From an uncultured Gemmatimonadota bacterium (GTDB lineage: Bacteria > Gemmatimonadota > Gemmatimonadetes > Gemmatimonadales > Gemmatimonadaceae), in assembly GCA_903910555.1 (NCBI GenBank), contig CAIVZZ010000018.1, forward strand, positions 31,363 through 95,362: a stretch of DNA of 64,000 nucleotides, given 5' to 3'. How positions within the stretch are numbered: position 1 is the first letter of the stretch; each line of letters opens with the position of its first letter. The notes below the pieces were generated by a model. The model saw only the letters and a list, made by a program, of their open reading frames with translations, made no database searches and was not told the origin of the DNA. The position numbers and the translations under genes are program-made. Shown here piece by piece: positions 28,588 through 39,330 of this stretch.

Positions 28588-30687
28588 TCACGCAACGTTC
28601 GTGATGCGGTGCGCGAGATCGTTGAGGCTCGTGACGACCTCGCGCAATCCGTTGATCGCACCCTCGAGTCCGCGCAACGCCTCGGCCTGATCGACCGCGC
28701 TCATCGTCACGTCCTCAGCGCCAATGCGATTGCGCCCCGCGATCTCCGAAACGCGGGCAACGCGATCGAGCAGCACCGTGAACTCACCCTGCTGCTCGCT
28801 CGACGTGACGGCAATTCGCTGCGCGCTCCGGGCGCTCTGCGCCGTCGACTGCACGATCTGCTCGAGCGCGCCGCGCGATGATTCCGAAAGCTGCTCCACG
28901 TCCGACACGAGCGCCTGACCGCTCGACATCTGGTGCGCGACGCTGCGCATCTGCGCCTCGAATCGGAGCAGGATTTCGCCGGCTTCGTCGCTCGCGCGCC
29001 GGCTCTCTTCCGCGAGCGCGCGCACTTCCTCAGCGACGACCGCAAAGCCGCGTCCTTCGACCCCGGCGCGCGCTGCTTCGATCGCAGCGTTCAGCGCGAG
29101 CAGGTTTGTTTGATCGGCGATCTGCGAGATGATCGAAATAAAATCCGTGATACGCCGCGTGCTCTTGGCGAGCGCGTCGATCTGCTCCGCGCTCTCGCCG
29201 ACGAACTTCTTTGCCGACACAAGGCGCTCGATGGCCGTGCCGATCTTTTCGCGGTTTGACGTCGCGATGTCCGTCGCGCCGCGGCTCGCGCTCGCGGCAT
29301 CGCGCGCGTCGCTCACGACCCGTCCCGTTGCTTCGAGCAGCGCCTGCGTCATTTCGAGGCTCGACTGCACCTGCTCCGCTTCCTCGGAAATGCCGCGCGT
29401 GATTCCGGCCACCGTGCGCGCCACCGCCTCGCCGCCCCCGCGAAGCGTGCGTGCCGATTCGGTCAGCGTTTCGAGTTCGCGCGTGATGCGCGAAACGGTG
29501 TCGAGCAGCGGGTTGCGCAAGTCATGGATGTGCAGCGTCGTCGCCAGCTGATTGGCGAACCGCCGCACGAGCATCGCTTCCTTGGGACCGTACGCGTTCG
29601 GCTTGTGATGTTCCAGTTCAAGCACTCCCATCACGCGATCCCCAAAGCGCAGACGGATCGTGACGGCCGAGCGCACGTCGGCGCGAGGTTTGTCGATGCG
29701 CGCGTCGCGCGTTGCATCGAGAACGATTACCGGTTCGCCGTCCGAGAGCGCGAGCGCGCGCAGCGTTGCGCTCCCCGGATCGGCCGGCAGCGGAAGCGGG
29801 AGCAGCCCCTCGCCTCCGCGGTAGATCACGAGCTCACGGTCTCCCTCGACGCGCGTGATGCGCAGCGCGCGCCAATCCACCAGGCGGTGCGCGAGCGATT
29901 CAATGCGCCGTATTGCCTCTGCCAATCCGCGATCGCTCGAGACCACCTGCTCCATCGCCAGAATCGTGTTCAGTTCTTCGGCGGCGATCGACTCTTCAAT
30001 GATACGCTTGAACAAAAGACCGCCGAATCCGAGCACAAGCGCGACGACTGCGCTGCTCGCGAGCCCGACCAGCTGGAGCGCGCCAACCAGCACCGCCACG
30101 CCCGCGGCACCGGCGCCGTATGTGAGCACTTCATAGCGCAGCAACAGCGAGCGTTCGTCCGGGAGCAGCTTCCCGCGGATCAGCAGCGAGAAGTAGAGCA
30201 GCCCGCGGCTCATCACGAAATGCACGAGGAAGAACAGCGTCATCGCCGGGATGAACTCCGGTCCGGTCGCCGCCGGGTTCGACGGGTCGATCGCCACCGC
30301 TGCGGCCGCGTAAAATCCGTATGCCGCGAACAGTGCGAGCGCTTCGCGTCCCGCGTTGATCCACGCGACGTTTACGCTCTTTCCGAGCAGCAGCGTGTCG
30401 CACACAATCAGTCCGGCGAAAAGCGAGATCGCCGTGGTTGATGCGCCCGCGACCAGCGCGCCGCCGGTGGCGACGATGCCGAGCAGATTGACCGCGCCGT
30501 ACTTCGTAATCGGCAGCTGGAAGCGGCGGAACGAGATCGTCGCGCCGAACAAGGCAACAAGAACTGCAGCGTGAAACTCCCAGCTGTGTCCCCGCCACGC
30601 CGTGTCGTAATACGCTGCCACGAACAGCAGCACTGTACCGGCCAGCGGCATTACCCGCGCGTACAGTGCCACCAGACGGGAGATCAT
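28588..30687 (-). CDS. methyl-accepting chemotaxis protein with multi-TM and GAF domains
   Basis: [29 protein letters not shown] hairpin tip; GAF-like DARID..GVLEL. Confidence 0.9.
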   Translation of the reverse strand: MISRLVALYARVMPLAGTVLLFVAAYYDTAWRGHSWEFHAAVLVALFGATISFRRFQLPITKYGAVNLLGIVATGGALVAGASTTAISLFAGLIVCDTLLLGKSVNVAWINAGREALALFAAYGFYAAAAVAIDPSNPAATGPEFIPAMTLFFLVHFVMSRGLLYFSLLIRGKLLPDERSLLLRYEVLTYGAGAAGVAVLVGALQLVGLASSAVVALVLGFGGLLFKRIIEESIAAEELNTILAMEQVVSSDRGLAEAIRRIESLAHRLVDWRALRITRVEGDRELVIYRGGEGLLPLPLPADPGSATLRALALSDGEPVIVLDATRDARIDKPRADVRSAVTIRLRFGDRVMGVLELEHHKPNAYGPKEAMLVRRFANQLATTLHIHDLRNPLLDTVSRITRELETLTESARTLRGGGEAVARTVAGITRGISEEAEQVQSSLEMTQALLEATGRVVSDARDAASASRGATDIATSNREKIGTAIERLVSAKKFVGESAEQIDALAKSTRRITDFISIISQIADQTNLLALNAAIEAARAGVEGRGFAVVAEEVRALAEESRRASDEAGEILLRFEAQMRSVAHQMSSGQALVSDVEQLSESSRGALEQIVQSTAQSARSAQRIAVTSSEQQGEFTVLLDRVARVSEIAGRNRIGAEDVTMSAVDQAEALRGLEGAINGLREVVTSLNDLAHRITNVA

Positions 30688-31454
30688 TTCACTTCGTCCA
30701 AAGCGGCGCGCAATGAGCGCGTGAGCACAACGGCTTCATTCACGCTCCGCCCGGCAGCCTGCACGATCGCGCTTCCAACGACGATTCCATCGGCCAGTGC
30801 GCCGACAGTCTTTGCCTGCTCGGGCGTCGATATCCCGAAGCCGACGCAAATCGGAAGCGAGCACACCGAACGAAGCGTCTCAATCGATGCCGGCAGCGAT
30901 TTCGCGAGCTCCGCCTGCATTCCGGTCACGCCAAGCCGGCTGATGAGATAGACAAAGCCGCGCCCGTGCTTCGCAATGAGTTCCATTCGATCGCGCGGCG
31001 TGGTCGGCGCTACGAGGCGCACAAAGTCGAGCGGACCAGCACCGAACCAGGCTTCGCGCTCAGGGTCCGCGCCCACGGGCAGATCGGTCACGAGCACGCC
31101 GCTGACTCCAGCACGCTTCGCGCGCACGAGTACGTCCGGTCCGGCCGCGATAATCGGATTGAGATACGAAAACAGCACGACCGGGATCCGCAGTTTCGCT
31201 TCCGCAATCAGTTCAAGGGCGCCATCAAGCGTCATCCCCTGTTCGAGCGCAGTTTGCGAACTCGATTGAATCACCGGTCCATCAGCCACAGGATCGGAAA
31301 ATGGAACGCCGATTTCCAGCACGTCGGCGCCCGCGTCTTCGAGGCCGCGAATGAGTTCGAGGCTGCGCGCGCGATCCGGATGACCCGCGGTCACGTAGCA
31401 CACCAGCGCCCGGCGGCCCGCCGCGCGCAATGAGGAAAATCGTTCGTTCAGCAC
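30684..31454 (-). CDS. trpA: tryptophan synthase alpha chain
   Basis: [26 protein letters not shown]; start moved to GTG 31454. Confidence 0.95.
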   Translation of the reverse strand: MLNERFSSLRAAGRRALVCYVTAGHPDRARSLELIRGLEDAGADVLEIGVPFSDPVADGPVIQSSSQTALEQGMTLDGALELIAEAKLRIPVVLFSYLNPIIAAGPDVLVRAKRAGVSGVLVTDLPVGADPEREAWFGAGPLDFVRLVAPTTPRDRMELIAKHGRGFVYLISRLGVTGMQAELAKSLPASIETLRSVCSLPICVGFGISTPEQAKTVGALADGIVVGSAIVQAAGRSVNEAVVLTRSLRAALDEVK

Positions 31455-31455
31455 G

Positions 31456-32943
31456 TCAGAGAAAATAATCGCCGATGCGAATGCCGTAGCGATCGGGGTC
31501 CGCCGTCTTGATGATCGTGCGCCGGAAGGTCCCGGTCTCATCCTGTTCGGCGAGATCGACGAGCTCACCGGGATGACGCACGTTGCCAAGATCGTCGCTC
31601 ACGACGAGCGCATTCGGCCGCGAAACCATTTCCGGATTCGCGTTGGCCGAGTGGATGATCGCCAGCTCAAAGGTGTCGAGCACGACGAACGTGCCGACCG
31701 GATAAATGCCGAGAAGATTTACGAACGCCTTTACGATGACCGGATCCATACCGCGGCGTGCGTTGTCGCGCATCTCGCCGAGGACGGCCGCCGGGTTCAT
31801 CGGTTCGTTCTGATACGAACGCCGCGATGTTGCCGCGTCAAACCCATCGGCAACCGCAACGATCTTGCTGTAGAAACCAATCGCCTTCGTCCGCAGCGAA
31901 CGCGGATATCCCGTGACGTCGCGCTTCATATGGTGCTCGTACGCCACGACCATCGCGCGGTACGGGAACTCCTGCTGCTCTTTCACCTGAAATAGCGCGA
32001 GCAGTCCAAGCCACGGATGTGCGGCGATTGCGCGCCACTCCTCGTCGCTCAGCAGGTCAGGCTTGTTGAGAATGTCGACCGGCACGCGCGACTTGCCGAT
32101 GTCGTGAAAGAGCGCGGCAAAGCCGATGTCGTACAGCTGCAGTCTCGTGAGCCCAAGCCGGCGCCCGAGCGCAACCGAGAAAATGCACACGTTTACCGAG
32201 TGCGTGAACGTGTAGTCGTCATAGTCGCGAATGGTGGTCAATCCCATCAGCGATGTTTCATCGGCAAGGATCTGATCGACGATCCCCTGCACCACGCGTT
32301 TGATCTTCTTGATGTTGGGGCTCTGTCCCATGCGGACAGAGTTCATGACGTCCTTCGTCGCCGACACAGACTGCGTGAAGGTCGCGATCGCGGCCTCCTT
32401 CGATTTCACGCGAACTTTCTGATCGTCTTCGGACTCCACCGGCGGTGAAACCTCGAACGCGATCACGCCGGTCGTATCGAGGCGCTTCTGCAGCGCCTCA
32501 AAGCGAACTTCCGCACCATCGCCCTGCGGCGCGAGCAGGAAGTTGAGGAACACGGTCCAGTCACGCGCGACCGGCTTCGACTTCACGCGCAGGACGCCAA
32601 CGCCGCACGCGCGGCAGAGCGCCAGCAGATAGCTGAACGTGGTGTAGTTGTCGAGGTCGAGACGAAGCCGGGTGGAATTCACAAAAATGAATTCGCCCGA
32701 GACACGAAACTCGAGATCGCCTTCCGCGTCGCGCAGCTCTTCGGTCACCGCGATCAGTTCTTCGAGTCCCTTCTGCACCACCGGATTTTCCGGCGGATAC
32801 ATCCGGATGCTGCGCAGCGACCCGTACAGCGCCATGATGAAGTTGCGCCCGACGGAACGCGTGTACGCCTCACCGCCCTTCTCGCCGAGCGCCTGCTGTG
32901 CGGTCGTGGTGCGCGGACGGATGACCTGCGACGGGCGGTTCAT
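31456..32943 (-). CDS. HD-GYP domain protein
   Basis: YTFTHSVNV, HDIGK, EHH..GYP, VADGFDA. Confidence 0.88.
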   Translation of the reverse strand: MNRPSQVIRPRTTTAQQALGEKGGEAYTRSVGRNFIMALYGSLRSIRMYPPENPVVQKGLEELIAVTEELRDAEGDLEFRVSGEFIFVNSTRLRLDLDNYTTFSYLLALCRACGVGVLRVKSKPVARDWTVFLNFLLAPQGDGAEVRFEALQKRLDTTGVIAFEVSPPVESEDDQKVRVKSKEAAIATFTQSVSATKDVMNSVRMGQSPNIKKIKRVVQGIVDQILADETSLMGLTTIRDYDDYTFTHSVNVCIFSVALGRRLGLTRLQLYDIGFAALFHDIGKSRVPVDILNKPDLLSDEEWRAIAAHPWLGLLALFQVKEQQEFPYRAMVVAYEHHMKRDVTGYPRSLRTKAIGFYSKIVAVADGFDAATSRRSYQNEPMNPAAVLGEMRDNARRGMDPVIVKAFVNLLGIYPVGTFVVLDTFELAIIHSANANPEMVSRPNALVVSDDLGNVRHPGELVDLAEQDETGTFRRTIIKTADPDRYGIRIGDYFL

Positions 32944-34751
32944 GCGGCGCCTCCCTTCAACGCGCGGTTCACGGCGTTGCGTACGACCACGTCTTTTTCA
33001 GCGAGCGCCTTCTGAAGGGATTGCGATGAACGCGTCGTGCCGATGCGACCGAGTGCGATCGCAGCGCAGGCGCGGAGTTCGGGATCTTCCTTCTTCGAGA
33101 ACAGCCCGCCTTTCGGGTTCAGCAGTTCGTCGAGCCACGGCACGCCGCCGTCACCGCACAGCGTGCCGTAAAGCTCGAACATCGCGAGGCGTTCGGTGCG
33201 GTCCGCTTCGCGAATCTGCGCAGCCTTCACGAGCGTCGTGACTTTCGAGAGCGCCGGCTTGTACGTCTTGCTGGCGAGCGCCTTGATGGCGGCAACGCGG
33301 ACGTCGCGATCGACATCTTCGAGCGCTTTCTCCAGCGCCTGCATCGCGCCGGGTGTCCCGATTTCTACGAGGGCCGTCACGGCGGCGAGGCGCAGTTCGC
33401 GATACGGTTCGCTCAGCACTTTGCCGAGCGCGGGAACAGCCGCCGCTGTTTTCAAGCCACCGGCGCGCTTCACTGCTTCCATCGCGACGCCGCCTTCCGC
33501 CGACGAGATCAGCTTCACGAGCTCGCCGGTGTTCGATTGGGCGAGGCGTTCAGCCGCGCCCTCGAGAAGTGGTCGCAGCTTGACGTTCTGCATCGCGCCA
33601 AGCCAGCCGAGCACTGTTCCGAGCGCAGCCGGACGCAGCTGGGAAAACAGTTCCTCGAGATCGGCGCGTGGCGGCAGCGTCTCCGCCTCATCCATCGCCT
33701 GGATGAGCTGAGAGAGAGCGCCCGGATCGCTCAGGCGATCTGGAAGGCTTGCGAGGCGGTCACGCAGCTCAGGGGTCAGATCCTTCGCGCGTTCGAGAAC
33801 CGTGCTGATTTCACGCAGCAGGAACGCGACGTTCGAAAACTGACGGCCCGCGAGCAAATGCAGCGTGAGCGCGTCGAGGTTCTGCGTGACTTCCTGACGG
33901 ATCGTCTTGTCCGTCTGCAGTTCGAACACGTCGAGCAATCCGGTGAGCACCGTGCGGCGAAGATCGGTCGCGTACTCACGCTCGGTCTCGAGTCTCAGAT
34001 ACGCGACTTCATCGGCGTCGAGGAAATACAGCGTGGAATCGAAGTCTTCCATCTTCACGATTCCGCTCGGCGATTGCTTCATTTCCTCCTGAGCGGCGCC
34101 GGATCCGGGTGGGCCCTTCCCCTGCTCGCCCTCGCCGCCAGCGGCCGCGGCAGCCGCCGCCTCGCGACGCGCCTCTTCAATCGCGAGTCGCGGATCGTCG
34201 ACGACCTCGCCGGCCTCGACCGGCCAGCGGCCGGGCTCGGCGGACGGATCGATCGGCACTCCGCCGTCCGCCGCGACTTCGACGTAACGATATGTGAGAT
34301 GCGCGAACTCCTGCTCCCAGAGGAGCGTGATCAGATCATCCTCGTGCGATGCCGCTTTGCGAACGCGCGGGATGATGTCGAGCAGAAGCTCGAGCTCCGG
34401 GCCTTCGAATCCGGGTGTCAGGGTGATCTCGCGGAGCCCGTCTTTGTAAAACGTCCAGGGCAGCGAGTCCGACGCGCGCTCGTTCTGTTCGTGCACGGCA
34501 ACGCCGGACCAGACGAATTTGAGATCCGCCACCGACAACGAGAGCGAATCTGTCTCAGCCCACAGCGGCGCAAACAATGCGCGCAACCCGTCGACCGCCT
34601 TCAGATAGGTCGGGTTGTTGTGCATGTAGAGCTGGTGCGCGCGCACGGTTTTGTCGAGCTGGCGCAACAATTCTTCCACGATCGCCGGACTGAAGGGCGG
34701 CTCGTGCTTTTCCGGCTCGTCCGTCGGCGGCGGTGCGGCGTTCGACATCAC
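32940..34751 (-). CDS. HEAT-repeat protein
   Basis: Repeated VR..A..AL units in C-terminal half; N-terminus resembles that of the adjacent HD-GYP protein. Confidence 0.8.
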   Translation of the reverse strand: MMSNAAPPPTDEPEKHEPPFSPAIVEELLRQLDKTVRAHQLYMHNNPTYLKAVDGLRALFAPLWAETDSLSLSVADLKFVWSGVAVHEQNERASDSLPWTFYKDGLREITLTPGFEGPELELLLDIIPRVRKAASHEDDLITLLWEQEFAHLTYRYVEVAADGGVPIDPSAEPGRWPVEAGEVVDDPRLAIEEARREAAAAAAAGGEGEQGKGPPGSGAAQEEMKQSPSGIVKMEDFDSTLYFLDADEVAYLRLETEREYATDLRRTVLTGLLDVFELQTDKTIRQEVTQNLDALTLHLLAGRQFSNVAFLLREISTVLERAKDLTPELRDRLASLPDRLSDPGALSQLIQAMDEAETLPPRADLEELFSQLRPAALGTVLGWLGAMQNVKLRPLLEGAAERLAQSNTGELVKLISSAEGGVAMEAVKRAGGLKTAAAVPALGKVLSEPYRELRLAAVTALVEIGTPGAMQALEKALEDVDRDVRVAAIKALASKTYKPALSKVTTLVKAAQIREADRTERLAMFELYGTLCGDGGVPWLDELLNPKGGLFSKKEDPELRACAAIALGRIGTTRSSQSLQKALAEKDVVVRNAVNRALKGGAA

Positions 34752-35947
34752 TCTGTCAAGATACGCGTTTCCGCGACCTGCGCCACGTCTTTATCGCCGC
34801 GCCCGCTGACGCACAAAAGGACCGGCTCGTCGCTCTTCCAGCGACCGGCATTTGCATCGATCCAGGCAATCGCGTGAGCCGTTTCCAGCGCCGGGATCAC
34901 CCCCTCCAACCGGGCGAGCATGTGGAAGGCCCGCAGTGCTTGATCGTCGGTGATCGAGACGTACGTCGCGCGGCCGCTGTCGCGGAGATGGGAGTGCTCC
35001 GGACCAACGCCCGGATAGTCGAGGCCGGCGGAGATCGAATGAGCCGGGTGAATCTGGCCGTGCTCGTCCTGAAGGAGATAGCTCATCGCCCCGTGCAGCA
35101 CGCCGGGCCTTCCCTTTGAAAGCGAGGCTGCGTGCTGGGGCGTGTCGAGCCCGTGCCCTGCGGCCTCGACTCCAACGAGCTCGACGTTCTTGTCGCCGAC
35201 GAACGCGTGGAAAATTCCAATGGCGTTCGATCCCCCTCCGACGCATGCGACGACCGTGCGCGGCAACGCGCCCGCACGTTCGAGCATTTGCGCGCGCGCT
35301 TCAGTGCCGATGATCGCCTGAAAATCCCTGACCATGCGCGGGTACGGCGCCGGTCCGACCACAGATCCAATGATGTAATAGCTCTCTTCGCAGGTGCCAA
35401 CCCAGTCGCGAATCGCTTCGCTCGTGGCGTCCTTGAGCGTGCGCGTGCCCGACGTCACGGCAACAACGGTCGCGCCCATCATGCGCATGCGGAACACGTT
35501 GAGCGTCTGGCGGCGCATGTCCTCTTCGCCCATGTAGACGACGCACTCGAGTCCGAGCCGCGCGCAGACCGTTGCCGTCGCGACGCCGTGCTGGCCCGCG
35601 CCGGTCTCTGCGATGATCCGCTTTTTTCCCATGCGCTGCGCCAGCAACCCTTGCGCGAGCGCATTGTTGATTTTGTGCGCACCCGTGTGATTCAAATCTT
35701 CGCGCTTCAGCCAGATAGGCGCGCCGATTTTCTCGGACCAACGCGGTGCGTCGCTGAGCGGCGATGGGCGCCCGGCGTAGTGCGTCAGCGCGTCGTGCAG
35801 CGATTTCGTGAACGCAGGATCACGCATCGCGTCGGCGTAGGCCTCGGTCAGCGCGTCGAGCGCCGGAATGAGCGTCTCCGGCACATACTGGCCGCCAAAC
35901 GCGCCAAAGCGATCTGAAATTTCGGCTGCTGCGCTTACGGTGCTCAC
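34748..35947 (-). CDS. trpB: tryptophan synthase beta chain
   Basis: [32 protein letters not shown]. Confidence 0.96.
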   Translation of the reverse strand: MSTVSAAAEISDRFGAFGGQYVPETLIPALDALTEAYADAMRDPAFTKSLHDALTHYAGRPSPLSDAPRWSEKIGAPIWLKREDLNHTGAHKINNALAQGLLAQRMGKKRIIAETGAGQHGVATATVCARLGLECVVYMGEEDMRRQTLNVFRMRMMGATVVAVTSGTRTLKDATSEAIRDWVGTCEESYYIIGSVVGPAPYPRMVRDFQAIIGTEARAQMLERAGALPRTVVACVGGGSNAIGIFHAFVGDKNVELVGVEAAGHGLDTPQHAASLSKGRPGVLHGAMSYLLQDEHGQIHPAHSISAGLDYPGVGPEHSHLRDSGRATYVSITDDQALRAFHMLARLEGVIPALETAHAIAWIDANAGRWKSDEPVLLCVSGRGDKDVAQVAETRILTE

Positions 35948-36588
35948 GGTGTGCTCCCCTGTGCCGCGTCGAAAAACGCGCGCATTTTTGCATGATCCTT
36001 GATGCCCGGCGATGACTCCACTCCGGATGATACGTCGACGACATCAGGCGCGAGCAGACGGACTGCTTCCGCCACATTTCCCGGGTTGAGCCCGCCGGCA
36101 AGGACCACCGGCGTGCGTCCCCGCAGCGCTGCGACAGAATCGGCGAGCGCACCCCATTCGAGTGCGACACCCGTGCCACCCAGTTTTCCCTTCACGCGCG
36201 CGTCGAGTACTACGGCATCGGCCTCGTGAAAAAGCTCTTCGGTCGATTCCGGCAGCACAGATCCGTCCGCGCGCGCGACGGCCCAAACGCGCGCGCCAAA
36301 TCGTCTCCGCATGGCACGGACGTCCGCAGCGCGCGGGTCGCCGTGCAGCTGAATCACTTCAATACCTGCCGCGATCGCACTCGCTGCAATCGCGTCGACG
36401 TCATCCGCACCGAATACGCCCACGGCAACAGGTCCGCCTGTTGCCGCGTTGAAGATTTCTTTTGCCTGCAACGCGGTGAGGTTTCGCGGTCCGCCGGCGA
36501 ATATCGTTCCGACATACGCCGCACCGAGCCGCGCCGCCTCGGCCGCGTCTCCGGTTCGCATCAGTCCGCAAAATTTTACACTAGCCAC
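35944..36588 (-). CDS. trpF: phosphoribosylanthranilate isomerase
   Basis: VKFCG, QLHG, GGTG, LAGGL, DVSSGVE. Confidence 0.93.
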   Translation of the reverse strand: MASVKFCGLMRTGDAAEAARLGAAYVGTIFAGGPRNLTALQAKEIFNAATGGPVAVGVFGADDVDAIAASAIAAGIEVIQLHGDPRAADVRAMRRRFGARVWAVARADGSVLPESTEELFHEADAVVLDARVKGKLGGTGVALEWGALADSVAALRGRTPVVLAGGLNPGNVAEAVRLLAPDVVDVSSGVESSPGIKDHAKMRAFFDAAQGSTP

Positions 36589-37420
36589 GCACCCGCCGTG
36601 CTACACCGACAAGATTTGCGGCGGCTGATCTGCCATCCTGCGATGACGAAAGCGACGATCCAACCAGCACGGCGTCCGCACCGAGTGCCGCCGCGCGTTC
36701 GACATCCGCGCGACTGGCGATGCCGCTCTCATACACCGCAGTGCGCCCGGCGGGCACGAGGGGGAGCAGGCGCGCACTGACGGCGTCGTCGATCACCAGC
36801 GTTTCGAGATTGCGGTTGTTAATTCCGATGACCGCGTGATCCACACGCAGCGCATGCTCCAGCTCGCGCTCGTCTCGCACTTCGAGCAGCACGTCGAGGC
36901 CGAGTTCGCGCGCATCCGCCGCGAGCGCGCTGCGGCGCTCTGCCGGGAGCGCTCGCGCAATGATCAGAATTGCCGATGCGCCGGCCGCGCGCGCCTCGAG
37001 CAGCTGCACGCGGTGCACGATGAAATCCTTTCGCAGCAGCGGAATGCTCACGGCGGCGCGCGCAGCACGAAGATCGCCGAGCGATCCGCCGAATCGAACG
37101 GGCTCAGTGAGCACCGAAAGAGCCGCCGCACCGGCAGCCGCATACTCTGCGGCGCGTGCCGGAATATCCAACGTTTCGTTAATCGCGCCTTTGCTCGGAC
37201 TCCGCCGCTTCAGCTCGGCAATCACCGCAACCGTGCTGCCGCGGAGTGCCGCGGCGAACGACGGCACTGCGCCGGCTGTTTTCGCTGCGCGCTCCAGCTC
37301 AGCTCCGCCCGACGCCAAGGCCTGCGCGCGCAGCTCCGCGGCCGCCGTGAGTTCTCCCAGCGGACCCAGCGGAAATGTCCACGCGGTTTCGACTGCGGCG
37401 TTGCCTTGCGTTTCGGGCAC
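36581..37420 (-). CDS. trpC: indole-3-glycerol phosphate synthase
   Basis: IAELKRRSPSKG, SVLTE, LRKDF, GINNRNL; start uncertain, GTG 37420 chosen. Confidence 0.9.
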   Translation of the reverse strand: MPETQGNAAVETAWTFPLGPLGELTAAAELRAQALASGGAELERAAKTAGAVPSFAAALRGSTVAVIAELKRRSPSKGAINETLDIPARAAEYAAAGAAALSVLTEPVRFGGSLGDLRAARAAVSIPLLRKDFIVHRVQLLEARAAGASAILIIARALPAERRSALAADARELGLDVLLEVRDERELEHALRVDHAVIGINNRNLETLVIDDAVSARLLPLVPAGRTAVYESGIASRADVERAAALGADAVLVGSSLSSSQDGRSAAANLVGVARRVRG

Positions 37421-37464
37421 TGTTCGGGTAGTTTCTCGATTCGTGACTTCGGGTGTTGTTCGGG
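37411..37464. promoter_or_regulatory. two candidate LexA boxes, YTTCGGG-N4-GTTCGGG
   Basis: TTTC-N7-GTTC at 37411-37425 and CTTC-N7-GTTC at 37447-37461, upstream of lexA. Confidence 0.6.
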
Positions 37465-37562
37465 CGTCATTCGCACAGGCAACAGAACCGTTTCTCGTCA
37501 CGGGCAGCATGCCGGCCGCCCGTTCACTTCCTTCCGAGCGCTTCGCGCGCATGGACGACGTT

Positions 37563-38171
37563 ATGCCGCTCACCAAGCGCCAGCGCCAGATCCTCGACTA
37601 CCTCACGAATTACGGTTCGATCAACGGCTATGCTCCGAGCTTTGAGGAGATCGCCGAACAGTTTAACTATAACTCTCTGGCGACGGTCCACGAACACCTG
37701 AGCAATCTCGAACGAAAGGGTTACATCAAACGCAGTTACAATGAGAGTCGCGCGATCGAGATCCTCACGTCGGATGTCACGCCCCAGGCCGTCGAGCTCG
37801 AACTGCTGGGCGCTGTGGCCGCGGGTGTTCCAATCGAAGAGATGACGGTCGGCGAGACGGTCGCCGTGCCTCAGGACTTCGTCCGCCGCGCCGGCAGGCA
37901 CTATGTGCTAAAGGTTCGCGGAAACTCCATGATCGAAGACCATATCAGCGATGGCGATATGGTAGTGGTCCACGATCGCCAGGCTGCCGACAATGGCGAC
38001 ATGGTCATCGCCATGCTTGACGGTGATTCAGCGACGGTGAAGCGGTATTACAGAGAGAAAGACGGGCGGATCCGTCTACAGCCGGCCAATGATCAGCTTC
38101 AGCCGATCTATGTGCAGGAGAGTCAGATGCGGGTTCAGGGGATTGTTGTTGGGGTCATGCGGAGGTACTGA
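37563..38171 (+). CDS. lexA: SOS repressor LexA
   Basis: LTKRQ, PSFEEI, VAAG cleavage site, GNSM, TVKR; start moved to ATG 37563. Confidence 0.95.
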   Translation: MPLTKRQRQILDYLTNYGSINGYAPSFEEIAEQFNYNSLATVHEHLSNLERKGYIKRSYNESRAIEILTSDVTPQAVELELLGAVAAGVPIEEMTVGETVAVPQDFVRRAGRHYVLKVRGNSMIEDHISDGDMVVVHDRQAADNGDMVIAMLDGDSATVKRYYREKDGRIRLQPANDQLQPIYVQESQMRVQGIVVGVMRRY

Positions 38172-38179
38172 AAAAAACC

Positions 38180-38275
38180 GCGAGTTAAATCGTTATTTGT
38201 TGGTTAGTTAACCGACGTTTCTAGTCATTCCAATTTTCTACTATTAACCAACCAACAAGAAACGAATTAACTCGC
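38180..38275. repeat. AT-rich long inverted repeat between convergent lexA and trpD
   Basis: Arms 38180-38211 and 38244-38275, 28/32 complementary; flanked by A7 and T4. Confidence 0.8.
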
Positions 38276-38277
38276 TT

Positions 38278-39321
38278 TTAGTGCTTGTGCGGTGCAGCAG
38301 CCCGAAGCGCGGCGAGCGCCACAGTCCCCTTCCCGGCTTTTAACGCATCGCGCGCCACATCAACCGCCGCCGCGTACGTCGGCGCCATTCCGCTGACATA
38401 GATCGCGCCCGCCGCATTCAATAGAACAGCGGCCTCGGCGGTTGCCGGCGCGGTTCCGGCAAGAACGCGCTCGATCAACGCCGCGTTCTCCGATGGTTCG
38501 CCGCCGCCGAGATCGGCCGCAGTCATGCCAACGAACCCGTAGTCGGCTGGATTCAGCGTCCAGCGCGTTGTCTTGCCGCCTTGAATCTCAAGCACTGTCG
38601 TCAGTCCGATCGGCGAGATCTCGTCCATCCCTGGCTCGCCATGCACGACCAGCGAATGCGTCGTCCCAAGTCGCTCGAGTGCGCCCGCAATAATTTCGAT
38701 CCGCTTCATCGACGCCACGCCGATCACCTGCCGCCCTGCACCCGCAGGATTCGCGAGCGGTCCAACGAGATTCATCAGCGTTTCGATCGCCATCTCCCGA
38801 CGTGCCGGCCCGACGTGCCGCATCGCCGGATGCATCGTCGGCGCGAACATGAATACAATGCCGGCGCTATCGAGCACTGCGCCCATATGATCGACTGGAA
38901 CGTCGATCGCGACGCCGAGCGCTTCGAGAACATCGGCGCTGCCGGATTTCGTCGTGAAGGATCGATTGCCGTGCTTCGCGACGCGCACTCCGGCACCGGC
39001 TGCGAGAATCGCCGCCGCGGTGGAGATGTTGAACGTCGTCATCGCGCCGCCGCCGGTGCCGCACGTATCAACCAGTTCGGTGGGGCGCGCTGTGTTGAGC
39101 GCGGTCATCGCGCTGCGAAGTGCGCGCGCCGCGCCTGCGAGTTCATCGGGTGTTTCGCCCTTCACGCGCAAACCCATCAGCAGCGCGCCGAGCTGCGCCG
39201 CCGTGCCATCTCCGGCCATGACCGCGTTGAACGCCGCTCCCGCCTGTTCTGCAGAGAGCGATTCGCCGTTGGCCAGCTGTTTCAGCGCGGCTTGCAGCGG
39301 CGCAGAAGGAGCGATCGTCAC
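38278..39321 (-). CDS. trpD: anthranilate phosphoribosyltransferase
   Basis: DTCGTGG, NIST, KHGNRS, GSADVLEALG, GMDE. Confidence 0.95.
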   Translation of the reverse strand: MTIAPSAPLQAALKQLANGESLSAEQAGAAFNAVMAGDGTAAQLGALLMGLRVKGETPDELAGAARALRSAMTALNTARPTELVDTCGTGGGAMTTFNISTAAAILAAGAGVRVAKHGNRSFTTKSGSADVLEALGVAIDVPVDHMGAVLDSAGIVFMFAPTMHPAMRHVGPARREMAIETLMNLVGPLANPAGAGRQVIGVASMKRIEIIAGALERLGTTHSLVVHGEPGMDEISPIGLTTVLEIQGGKTTRWTLNPADYGFVGMTAADLGGGEPSENAALIERVLAGTAPATAEAAVLLNAAGAIYVSGMAPTYAAAVDVARDALKAGKGTVALAALRAAAPHKH

Positions 39322-39330
39322 GTGTCTCTT

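Noticed and set aside
36960..37562. 200-aa N-terminal extension of LexA
   Set aside because: Antisense to trpC; LexA homology begins at ATG 37563
37421..37562. Trp leader peptide upstream of trpC
   Set aside because: No short ORF with tandem Trp codons or terminator seen
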